From: Tubulanus polymorphus
Taxonomy: Eukaryota; Animalia; Nemertea
DNA: 64,000 bases
Reading direction: 5' to 3'
Assembly: GCF_964204645.1 (NCBI RefSeq)
Contig: NC_134029.1
Coordinates: 3,348,001 to 3,412,000, forward strand
Under the pieces are notes generated by a model. That model ran no database searches. It worked only from the letters and a program-made list of their open reading frames with translations, and was not told where the DNA came from. This document shows positions 51,501-62,578 of this stretch, piece by piece; the first letter of the stretch is position 1, and every line of letters starts with the position of its first letter. A program made the translations under genes and the position numbers.

Positions 51501-52502
51501 ACACACACATTCTTATTTGCTCTATCTCAAGTAAATCATTTCTAAATTCTACGACATTTTAACCCCAAAACCAACTCCTGTTCTTTCTAACCATTTGTGT
51601 TTATAATTCATCGACACTGGTGATTAATACTAATGACGAATGGACAATAAGTTTCTATACAAGCACACAGTATAATTAGAAGTTTGTATAAAAACATTAT
51701 TTCAATGGTTTTTACTGCGTCAAAAATTAGGAATTAATAAATTTGGATCATATTGCGCTACACTGACTGTTAATCATCATAGGTTGACGCGCAATTACAA
51801 AAGGGCTGTCAGCAGACGTGGCAGTATCTCTGAACCCACAGCGCAATCAAGAGCTCCAATGGTGGAAACTGTTATTTCCCCCATCTCTTTCAGTTAGGCC
51901 GAACTAATTTGGACCATCCTTATTGTCAAGGGTATGTGTGAACATACAACATTCATTAGAGCTAAATGAGTTGAGCATTGCCTGAAAGATGCCTTTGCAA
52001 AAAAAATTTCTTTTTCAAATCAATAATTCCAGGCAATTGGACTGATAACAAGCTGATTTAATCAGGGCAATGGCAAGTGAATGGAGCATTTGACAACCAA
52101 TCTACAGATACCACAGTTGACTGGCCACCATAGCTAACAACTAGTCTCAAACAAGACAAACTTTCAATAAGCCTGACTAGCCATGGCACAGCTGACCGGT
52201 CACCACAGCTAACTGGTCTCAAACAAGACAAACTTTCAAATCAGTCTCTCAGCACACCTCATATGGATTAGCACAGAGCTTGCTCGTAAGGATTAACTTG
52301 CAGGGTGTGTAGAAAAATTGTTAATTTCATTGTAGCTTTTTTACATAACTCATTTTCCATGAAATGAACTAGGGACCTAAACCTCAACATGAGTTTAAAT
52401 GTTCAATTCGTACACAGGCTGGGATGGAGGAAGTGTGTTTGGTTAAAAATTTAGGATGGTCTGAATATTCAATTGGAATATTTGAAATTTATTTCTTACG
52501 CT

Positions 52503-52849
52503 GTGGCCACTCGTACGGACCCGTACAGATTACTCTGGAGGCTATTCGTACGGAACTAGGATCTGTACGCCAATAACGGTCACTGATTGGCCGATTAACG
52601 CCGCGCATGCGTATAGAATTGAAGGAAAGTGTGGAGAATAGAGTTAGAGAAAAATAGAGCGGATCGAGCGAGACTCGAACCCGGGCCAGTAAATTACTAG
52701 CGCACCATCATACCACTAGACGACTAACTACATATAGCCTCACCTTACCCTAACCCTATCCCTTCCCGTACGAACATACAGTAGTAATCCGTACAGGTGC
52801 GTACGAATAGCCTACGGAATTATTCGTACGGGTTTGTACGAATAGCCAC
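52503..52849. mobile_element. MITE with ~50-bp TIRs, internal tRNA-like segment and telomere-like CCCTAA tract
   Basis: gtggccactcgtacggacccgtac..ggctattcgtacg versus cgtacgaatagcc..gtacgggtttgtacgaatagccac; minus-strand gtctagtggtatgat...cccgggttcgagtc at 52666-52728; ccttaccctaaccctatccc at ~52743-52762. Confidence 0.75.
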
Positions 52850-53948
52850 TAGTTTATATAGCCTGGTTGCCCTTTTCTATATAAAAAAGTCATCGCTTTA
52901 TGTAGGGGACCATTCATCACGCATAAGATTTGAATTTTTCAACACCTCTTCCCGCTCTGTACGCAAAATCGGCCAGTTTTTCATATTCATTACGCATTAC
53001 AGTTAGCGATAGCACTTACACCTCCCCCTCCCCTAATGCGTACGTAATAAATGAATGACCCCTAGACCTATCTGGCCTATCCGATTCAAAATGAACACTT
53101 TTATTTTACCCTTACACTGTTTCATTTATTCAAGTTTGATTGGGACACCATTACTGGACTGGGTCTGAAATAATCTGATGAATTCTGAAGTCAAAGGCCT
53201 CTTTTGTGAGAGTTCCTTCATTTAGCCTAGTGCAGATCAACTAGATTTAGCACACCTCCTCAAAAAGGCATTAAAAAGCTTGGAAAATGCTTCGTAAACT
53301 TTCATAGTTTGTTGGAAAGATGACAAAGATAAGTGGTCCTCCGAGGGAGAATACCGACTGATGAAGCGTGAGAGGTCGAGAGAAATTTTGATTGGGCGCC
53401 TCTACCAACCTTCCGCGGGCGCCCAGCATCATTTTTAGCCTGCACACTCCTCGGTTCAATCTATCTACAATAGATGAAACTTACCAAACAACCGGGCGCC
53501 TGGATATACTAATAATCCGCTCCTATCCTCTTTAAATAAATCTCTGGTGAAGCACATGAAATTAGATGGAAGATTCTGACACAAACCCGGAAATGCCTCT
53601 CCCATAGGTGGCAGGATCAGGCGGTGGCAAAATTTTCTGCTTAAGTTATTCATTTTCCGGTCAAAACTTGTATTTTCATACGATTTTCTCGGTTTCTCTA
53701 AATGTTAGAATTTCTTGGTTCATGAAATGAGCTCCATCTCATATTTGTCGAAACGAACAAAATATGGGATTCGAAACCAAAGCATTTGATTCATATTTAT
53801 CTATGAGAAAAATATATCTTATTTAGTTAGATTTTAGTTATTTTTTTCCAGAGCATAATCTTGGTTTGAACTTAGTTTTAATTTTTCAGTGACGAAAAAT
53901 ATGACCATTGTTGAAAGTACGGGACTCGAAACCACACAGGAAAATTGT

Positions 53949-54000
53949 TGACGTCAATGCCCTAGATCACGTGACTATATCTTTCCTTTCCTACTCTCCG
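53949..54000 (+). promoter_or_regulatory. eEF2 core promoter: CRE, E-box and TCT/5'TOP initiator
   Basis: TGACGTCA at 53949, TCACGTGA at 53967, pyrimidine tract CTTTCCTTTCCTACTCTCC from 53981, 78 nt before the ATG; typical of translation-apparatus and snoRNA-host genes. Confidence 0.75.
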
Positions 54001-54058
54001 CCATCGTGGTTGTTCACGAACGAATTATTTCAGTGGCGGAATCCAACAAACAGCGATC

Positions 54059-57000
54059 ATGGTGAGTTTCATCCATCGAAAATAAACCATTATTTTTAAA
54101 CATAAACCAATTCTTCGTATTTGTATCGAAGAAGATAAACCGACAAACTTTCCAATCGTGAATTAAATAGACATTTATTTCGATGGTCTTCGGTATTGGT
54201 TTTTTACCATCACCAGTCTGTGACGTCGATATTTTCCGAACTGCGTATTAGAGAATCTAGATTTAGATAATTAAGATGGTAATTACGGATGAATATTTAT
54301 TGTTACGCGGAGTGGATTGATAATATTTTTGTTTTAAATACGAAGAATCATCGAAAATTTATCTTAAATTCATTTGAGAAGTCATCAAAAGAAGTCTTGG
54401 ATTTTTACTGATTTATTATTTCACAATGTTTTGTAATGACCACTTTCTAATTTAAAAATATTGTTTTGTCGTTGCAGTCGAAGAAAAACGTAAAATCCAT
54501 CGATGAAATTCGTGGTCAAATGGAGCGCAAGGCCAATGTGCGAAACATGTCGGTCATTGCGCACGTTGACCACGGTAAATCAACCCTGACCGATTCGCTG
54601 GTCAGTAAAGCTGGTATTATCGCATCATCGAAGGCGGGAGATGCTCGTTTCACCGATACACGTAAAGATGAACAAGAAAGATGTATTACCATCAAATCAA
54701 CGTGAGTATTAATACTGAATGAAAATCTGTAGTTATGGTTATGATCAGACGAGGTCGATACAGACCTCTGAATAATAAATATACCAAGTATCCACCATGA
54801 TACGATGATGTATTAGACGAGACTCCTCAAAATTGCATCGTGAATAGGTGAACGCGTTGAACACAAATATAGTGTTCTATCAATCGTGAACGGTTAGAAA
54901 TAAATATACCTTCTAGAGTCGAGTCGTAATGAATTTTAACCTAAGAAAGCCACACTGTTGCTCTGATAAGTCACCAGGTGTCGCTAGTGGTTTCTCAGTC
55001 ACTACCCTTCAACGTCTTCGATATTTACTTATCATTCATTTCAACTTTCTTACAAATAAACAAGTTTCCTGTGTTAATAATCTATGCTGTACAATAAGTA
55101 AGGAAATGAATCCTCTATTTGATGACTTATTCGGATTTGGATGCGTAATTCATCTTCACTATTCGATAAACCTAGTGTGCTGCTGGTGCTACCTCATCCG
55201 GCTCTTGTGTTTAATTTTCAAGCATTTATTTTCATTATCTTCCAGTGCTATTACTATGTTCTATGAAGTAGACGACATCGTCTTAGGCGAGGTCGCTAAA
55301 CTGCAGAAAACGGACGGAAATCAATTCTTGATCAATCTGATCGATTCGCCCGGTCACGTTGATTTCTCATCAGAAGTAACGGCTGCCCTGCGTGTAACTG
55401 ACGGTGCCCTCGTTGTTGTAGACTGTGTGTCTGGTGAGTAAATTTCATCTGATTAAATCGGTTAAGCTGTGCTGATTTCATATTGGATAAGATGGCTGTA
55501 TTCTCCGCCAGAGGTCTAAAAAAGGGAAGAAACGTCTTTCATTATCACCCTGGTTAAATAATCTACTTCCCTTCTAGGCTAACAATGCTTACTACTATAA
55601 TGCAAGATTCAGCAAACTAATCTCATTTTTTAGCACCCCACACTACAAAAGCTTAAATGTGTTCAGCTGTAACACCGGCACCAATGAATGAGTGCAGTTC
55701 CTCCTCCAAAATCCCATGAACACTTAACAAACATTTTTTATTGCCTTAAGGTTCTTCTGAATCGTGTGAAAATCTGCTGAATTTGAAAGAAAGATGTATT
55801 TTGATAATTTCAGGTGTATGTGTACAGACTGAGACCGTACTGCGTCAGGCTATCGCCGAACGTATTAAGCCGGTATTGTTCATGAATAAGATGGATTTGG
55901 CGATCAGTTCGCGTCAGCTGGCGTCGGAGGAGTTGTACGAAGCGTTCCGTAACAGTATCGAAAATGTCAACGTCATCATTTCTATGTACTGCGAGGAGGG
56001 CGGTCCAATGGGTGATATCATGGTATGTTAAAGGTTTTTTTTTTTAGTGCCAGGCATCCTTTCTGATGGGCAATTAGCCTAAAAAAGAACAAGGCGGCCA
56101 CTTACCTGGAAACGATCAGACAATATTGTGAAGATAAAAAAGCCATGGAAATTTTTCGGGTTTGCTAGATCACGTGACCAGTTTCCCGCCGTCTTATGTA
56201 GTTGACCGTGTTGCCAGGCAGATTTAAGTGTCTGGTCTATTCTCGTGCTAGTGTGGTCAGAATAATCTATAATCATTTAATTGTCTTAATAGGTCAACCC
56301 AATGAATGGAACGGTTGGATTCGGTTCCGGTCTGCAGGGATGGGCTTTCACATTGAGGAACTTTGCCCAGATCTACGCCGGTAGGTTCAAGATCCCGGTA
56401 GAGAAACTGATGAAACGTCTGTGGGGTGATAACTGGTATTACAGCAAGGCAAAGAAATGGAACCTGAAGAACCCGACGGCTGATGATGGAAAAAGAGTTC
56501 GTGGATTCTGTCAGTTCATTCTCGATCCAATTTACAGGGTAAGGGATTTACTATCTGCTTAAATACAGTATAACTCGCCAAACTAAGGCACGTATTGAAC
56601 TGTTGTAATGAGGTGTGAGTAAAGGAATTTGAGAAAAAGATGGGTCAGATTGATGTCTGCTTAAGAAATCGTGATTGAAATGTGAAGAATTGAGAACAAA
56701 TATGTCGGAAGTATTTTGAAATTTTGTAAGAATTAGTCCAGATGCTACCAGTAACTGCTTAGGTTTTTGTACCATGACATGGAAAACACTAGTGACTTAC
56801 CTGTACTGTATAAAGTAAGTTCCATCAATCTGACCCCTTACGTCGTTCTATATTTTCTAATAGTTTCCTTTTAGATGGGAAAAGGAAAATTTGTTTAAGC
56901 CCAATCAGGCAATTATAGAATAGTGTTGAAATAATCAAGCGAATACATGATGACATCATTATCGACGACAGAATTTCCTTTGTTGAAAACAGCACGTCAG

Positions 57001-60000
57001 TCTGAATCTCTTCAAACATTAGCTGATGCTCTGCAAATCTTTGAACTTGTAAGCAGTGTCTGTATATGAGAAATCTGCATTTTCAGGTGATTGACACGAT
57101 CAAAACTGAGAAGCGCGAAACAGTCTACACATTTGTTGAAGAGAAAATAGGGGTGAAGTTGATTCCAGATGATAAAGAACTCGACGATAAGAAATTGGCG
57201 AAGCGCATTATGCAGAAATGGCTTCCGGCTGGTGAAACTCTACTGGAGATGATCTGTATGCATCTTCCGTCGCCGATCACCGCTCAGAAATATCGTATGG
57301 AACTGTTGTACGAAGGACCTCACGACGACGAGGCTGCGATCGCCATTAAAGAGTGTAATGTTGACGGTCCGTTGATGATGTACGTGTCAAAGATGGTACC
57401 GACATCTGATAAAGGCCGATTCTACGCGTTCGGTCGTGTGTTCGCTGGAACGGTTGCCTCCGGACAGAAAGTTCGCATCATGGGTCCCAACTACACGGTC
57501 GGCAAGAAGGAGGATCTGTACATGAAGAGTATTCAGAGGTAATTCAATCTCATAGATTGGTCTATTTCTAAAACCCCTTTAGCCTCACGGATATCGCTAT
57601 ATGATGATAGTAATTTTGGTCTGTGTTTCTGAACAAAATGATCGACCAATAAATTATATCTGATTTCACACGTGGTAAACAACTTACTCGAGTTAAGATT
57701 CTTTCCAATACACGATGTTGACATCCATTTGAGTTTATTCTCGTTTGGCTCTGTCTTTGTGGCGTATGGGAGCTGAATATCTTGACGTTTATTCCCGTTC
57801 CACAGCATCGTACATTAACTTGTTCCCAGTTTGAACTGGTGCGAGCGAGAACTTGTATATTCCATAGCTTTCTCATAGTCACTTGTGGCAATTACTGAGA
57901 AGACGTAGACCATGCAAATTACATGTTTTTTACTACTGGACCCAATTCCACGGTTGTTTGTGAGTTAAGAGTTGACTCTAGTAGATATACCTGTTCATTT
58001 TCAATGGCTATACTTTCAAGTCAAATTTTCCTTCAGGACCGAGGAACTAGGTCCAGAGCTATTTGAAGCGTTTGTTGAAATCCCTGGAAGATTTCAAGTT
58101 CTAACAGATAAGTCTTATTACTAAAAACAGGACAGTGTTGATGATGGGTCGATCAGTCGAACAGATCCCAGATGTACCGTGTGGTAATATTTGTGGTCTC
58201 GTCGGTGTTGATCAATACCTGGTGAAGACCGGTACTATTTCAACATTCGAACACGCACACAACTTGAAGGTTATGAAGTTCAGTGTTAGTCCTGTCGTGC
58301 GAGTCGCCGTCGCGCCTAAAGATCCGTCTCATCTTCTGAAACTGATAGAAGGTTTGAAACGACTGGCTAAATCTGATCCTATGGTGCAGGTATGTTGATC
58401 TTACCCATGAATAGTTTAAATGAAATGTTACTGAATAAATTCAAATTGTTTCTGATAGCGCTTATCAGAAGTTGACAGCCCTGTAACATTGATGTTGACA
58501 TCCATTCGAGCTTATTCTCGTTTGGCTCTGTCTTTGTGGCGTATGGGAGCTGAATACCTTGACGTTTATTCCCGTTCCACAGCATCGTACATTAACTTGT
58601 TCCCGGTTTATATCTGAACTGATGCGAGCGAGAACTTGTATATTCCATAGCTTTCTCATAGTCACTTGTGGCAATAACTGAGAAGACGTAGACCATGCAA
58701 GTTACATTGCCAAAGATTTCATGATATGTATTCGAAAAACGACTTATGGCAAATTTATTTCGGTAGGTTACTTTGGATGATGCCACATCCCAGAACATCG
58801 TCGCTGGTGCTGGTGAATTGCATCTTGAAATTTGTCTGAAGGATTTGGAAGAAGATCACGCGTGTGTTCCCATTTCGAAGTCCGATCCGGTTGTCTCATA
58901 CAGAGAAACAGTCACCGAAGAGTCGCCAGTGTGTTTGTCGAAATCGCCTAATAAACACAACCGTCTCTACCTGAAGTGTAAACCTATGGTAGAGGAATTA
59001 TCACAAGATATTGATCGGGTATGTTGTGAGGCAGATACTGTTCTTCTATTCGAAAGTCGGAACATTCTCAAGAGCTCAACTTCTCTGAAAATTATCATCG
59101 AAATACTTCCTTAATCGCAATTATATCTTATTCATTATCATTACTAATTTTAGTGAAAATAACTGCGATTTGAGATCTGGTAACTAACTTGTTATTTTAG
59201 CTCGAATTTATGAGCAGTAAACTTTCTTTTGCAGGGAGACATCAATCCGAGACAGGACCCTAAAACTCGCGGTCGTAAATTGGCCGATGATTACGAGTGG
59301 GACGTGAGTGAAGCGCGTAAGATCTGGTGTTTCGGACCCGACAGTAATGGTCCCAACGTCGTCGTTGACGCCACTAAGGGTGTGCAATTCTTGAATGAAA
59401 TCAAGGACAGTGTTGTTGCTGGCTTCCAGTGGGCTTCAAAAGAGGTGAGTACATAAAGTCTGACCAGTTGAATATTTCTACCTTGTAGAATGGTGCTATA
59501 TGATGACAATAATTTTGGTCTGTGTTTCTGAACAAAATGATCGACCGTAAAATTATATCTGATTTCACGCGTAAACAACTTACTCGAGTAAAGATTCTTT
59601 CCAATACATGATGTTGACATCCATTTGAGTTTATTCTCATTTGGCTCTGTCTTTGTGGCGTATGGGAGCTGAATATCTTGACGTTTATTCCCGTTCCACA
59701 GCATCGTACATTAACTTGTTCCCAGTCTGAACTGGTGCGAGCGAGAACTTGTATATTCCATAGCTTTCTCATAGTCACTTGTGGCAATTACTGAGAAGAC
59801 GTAGACCATGCAAGTTACATTATATATTCTTAATATTCTATTGTGTCTCGGCTTGAATCAATTGATGAAATTTCTGATTCTTAGTTCGATCCTGTTAGCA
59901 ATTCGTAAATGAATGTTAGACAGCCTTCTGTTGTTGTTATAACGTTGATGTTGACATCCATTCGAGTTTATTCTCGTTTGGCTCTGTCTTTGTGGCGTAT

Positions 60001-61188
60001 GGGAGCTGAATATCTTGACGTTTATTCCCGTTCCACAGCATCGTATATTAACTTGTTCCCAGTTTGAACTGGTGCGAGCGAGAACTTGTATATTCCATAG
60101 CTTTCTCATAGTCACTTGTGGCAATTATTGAGAAAACGTAGACCATGCAAGTTACATCATTGATACATTCCTACTACAACAAAGTTGTCAGGGCTGACTA
60201 AAGTGAAATTATCAATTTTTCGCATTCCCTTGACTCGGATGGATTGTCTGTGTTTTTAGGCGAGGTTGCTGTGACATAGATCTTGCATGTTGCGAAGAAT
60301 TTAGAGTGATTTTATTTGTTTTTAGGGTGTGTTGTGCGAAGAGAATTTGCGCGGCGTACGTTTCGATATAAAAGACGTCACTCTTCACGCCGATGCTATT
60401 CACAGAGGTGGTGGTCAGATTATTCCGACGACGAGACGAGTATGTTACGCGTGTCAACTGAGCGGTGTTCCGAGACTGATGGAACCGATCTACCTGGTAG
60501 AGATCCAGTGTCCACAGGCAGCGGCTGGTGGTATTTACCCGGTTATCAACGCCCGACGAGGTATTGCTCTCGGTAATCTCGAAGTTCCGGGTACAACAAT
60601 GGTGATCGCCAAGTGTTACCTGCCTGTAAATGAATCTTTCGGTAAGTTCAGTTTGAATGGACTGGAATTGGTCAGATCAGCTCCAAGTTCACGACGATGT
60701 CAAAACTCAACTTGTGGTTAAATGTTATTGGATACTTCATGTTTTCAAAAATTAAATTCGTATTAGAGATCGGTCTATAGCCAAACTAAGAGCTTGTGTC
60801 ATCAGACTTACGATTTTAGTCACACATTTGAACTTAAATCTTATATGAACCAGTCCCTAGTCTAAAAAATTTGCACCTGGCGAAAATTTTCGGTCCTGAG
60901 TTTTGCCTTAAATACTTCCTCCTTACTAATCATAACTTGGCACTACGTTATATGAAGAAATTTTCATCTACGTTTGCAGGTTTCACAAGTAAATTGAGAC
61001 AAGAAACAGGTGGCCAGGCTTTCCCGCAATGCGTGTTTGATCATTGGGACGTGTTACCAGGTGACCCGTACGACGAGTCCTCCAATCTGAAGGAGAGCCA
61101 CCCAGCCATCGTAGTCAAAACAACTCGACATCGTAAAGGACTCACCGAAGGAATACCCCCTCTCGATAAATTCCAGGATAAATTATAA
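54059..61188 (+). CDS. EEF2: Eukaryotic translation elongation factor 2, divergent; 11 exons, 855 aa
   Basis: Exons 54059-54061 (ATG only), 54478-54701, 55246-55433, 55814-56022, 56293-56538, 57087-57538, 58131-58389, 58767-59018, 59235-59444, 60326-60641, 60980-61188 sum to 2568 nt in frame. Motifs [39 protein letters not shown], and diphthamide loop [19 protein letters not shown]. Confidence 0.97.
56943..57008 (+). ncRNA. Candidate box C/D snoRNA (snR72-like guide) in eEF2 intron 5
   Basis: C box ATGATGA at 56947, D box CTGA at 57002; upstream guide GCACGTCAG is complementary to the conserved 28S motif CUGACGUGC (9 bp only); ~80 nt from the 3' splice site. Confidence 0.6.
57596..57666 (+). 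ncRNA. SNORD18: U18 box C/D snoRNA, copy 1 (eEF2 intron 6)
   Basis: ATGATGA...TTGGTCTGTGTTT-CTGA(D')...ATGATCG(C')...CTGA(D); guide matches U18 TTGGTCCGTGTTTCTGA, antisense to 28S AAACACGGACCAA. Confidence 0.9.
57711..57926 (+). ncRNA. SNORA73: U17/E1/snR30 H/ACA snoRNA, copy 1 (intron 6)
   Basis: GGCTCTGTCTTTGTGGCGTATGGGAGC resembles vertebrate U17 GGCTCTGTCCAAGTGGCGTAGGGGAGC; 5' stem ACGATGTTG/CAGCATCGT, H box ACATTA, 3' hairpin with m1 ATATTCC and m2 AGACCAT, terminal ACA. Confidence 0.92.
57937..58056. mobile_element. Short MITE-like element in eEF2 intron 6
   Basis: TIRs ctggacccaattcc / ggaactaggtccag; a related element sits at ~34184-34296. Confidence 0.55.
58488..58709 (+). ncRNA. 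SNORA73: U17/snR30 H/ACA snoRNA, copy 2 (intron 7)
   Basis: Near-identical to copy 1, with a variant internal hairpin; ACA at 58704. Confidence 0.92.
59495..59565 (+). ncRNA. SNORD18: U18 box C/D snoRNA, copy 2 (intron 9)
   Basis: C box at 59500, identical guide plus D', D box at 59559. Confidence 0.9.
59606..59822 (+). ncRNA. SNORA73: U17/snR30 H/ACA snoRNA, copy 3 (intron 9)
   Basis: Same motifs as copy 1; ACA at 59817. Confidence 0.92.
59944..60159 (+). ncRNA. SNORA73: U17/snR30 H/ACA snoRNA, copy 4 (intron 9)
   Basis: Same motifs as copy 1; ACA at 60154. Confidence 0.92.
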
Positions 61189-61426
61189 TAAGTGCTAACA
61201 ACTACCAGAGATAAACATGAACTCTTTATTTATTTTTTGACGATGTTCTTTCATTACCACTTAAAAAAATTAATTTCGGCGCTTCTAGAGTATGTGTATG
61301 TTAAAAATCGGTTGATTTGCTGTTAAACGACCTGTGCTGTGTACGGCCCTATCGTATCGACAAAATTAAAAAAAAGTATTCTGTGTCACATCGCTCTCTG
61401 TACAAGTAGGGTTTACGATTATGGAA

Positions 61427-61432
61427 AATAAA
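61427..61432 (+). terminator. Probable polyadenylation signal of eEF2
   Basis: AATAAA ~240 nt after the tandem TAA TAA stop. Confidence 0.6.
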
Positions 61433-62578
61433 ACTTGTACTGAATTAATCATGTGAGTAATGTTTAATAGCTTGAACCTAGTATCTTCTCAGTGATGCTC
61501 AGAGGGAGGTTGTTTGGACATTTTGTTTGTTTTTGTAAATATACAGATTTAGAATTGGCACTTGTACATATCTTGTACTGGTGATGGTATGGTGAAAATA
61601 CATTAATGTAACTAAGATTCATTTCTTCTTTATTTCATCCTTGTCCTACTGCATTCTGGATTCCACTGCATTCCATTCACTTTCGCCTAAGTTTTGAAGT
61701 TGGTGTACGCTCAGGAGAGGCCCAGTGAAATTTGCCTACTTTCTGTGTGTCTGCGATTATCCCATCATTCTGCGTTGGAAACTATGAGTTACAGGGGGTG
61801 TCTCGGAAATCCAAGTCCTCGGGAACAAGCGTGAGGATTGACCGGTGTATGCGCGCGAACATATCACGTTCTCGTAGGGGAGACCGGTACCAGTCTACAA
61901 AGTGATTTCTCCGCGCTACCGAGTCGTAGACAAAATGGCGGCTTTTTCAAGCAATGTAATAATTGCCCTGCAGCTGTCAGTCGGTCCCCACAGACACCTA
62001 CGCTTCTCTGCAAGGTCTTTGACAACCGGCAGGATTGTATCGTCCACAACTCAAGTCGAGCGGTATGAAACCTACGCTATTTACACATACCAGCAAGACA
62101 GAGTGTTACTGTCCAAATACTCCGACGACCTTTTTTTTTACCGAGTGCGCCGCTTGCGGATTCGGAATGCACCAGAAATGATGCGTGTCCGCCGCGTGGA
62201 AGACAAATGTGGCGCGGTATATGTGAAAACTAGGCTTGTAAACCAGACATATACGCCGCTATTAAGACTAAGAGACACTAAGCTTATACAGCACATGTTT
62301 GGCCGCGCATTGCGTAGGCTAACGTTAGGGCCTGTCAAAGCCACGGCTCATGTTTCGTAGGCTTATGTTCACGGCTCACGGATAAATACCATGGGGAAAC
62401 AGCACTTATTGACACGAAAAGTCCTCATGCGGGGTGCTTTAATACAATGGATGGAGCAACGCTTCAAAAGGCCGTGGTCATGTTACTTGTGGAGGTTAAT
62501 CCAGGGGTTAGTCTCTGGGGGAACAAAGTTTCAAACAAACAGTAGTAACTTGGTAGTCGGAATCGAAAACGAAGAAAC

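Noticed and set aside
56099-56110. ACTTACCTGG, matching the U1 snRNA 5' end, in eEF2 intron 4
   Set aside because: No further U1 similarity, Sm site or PSE recognisable; chance 10-mer
57711-57900. Reading the 215-nt repeats as long C/D snoRNAs (TGATGT...CTGA) or as a transposon
   Set aside because: The CTGA is lost in copy 4 (TTGA), whereas the H box, m1/m2 motifs, terminal ACA and U17 similarity are kept in all copies
57533-60124. Repeated minus-strand ORFs ([10 protein letters not shown]..., MLWNGNKRQ...) suggesting a nested peptide gene family
   Set aside because: They are antisense translations of the four U17 snoRNA copies; conservation follows RNA structure and indels shift the frames
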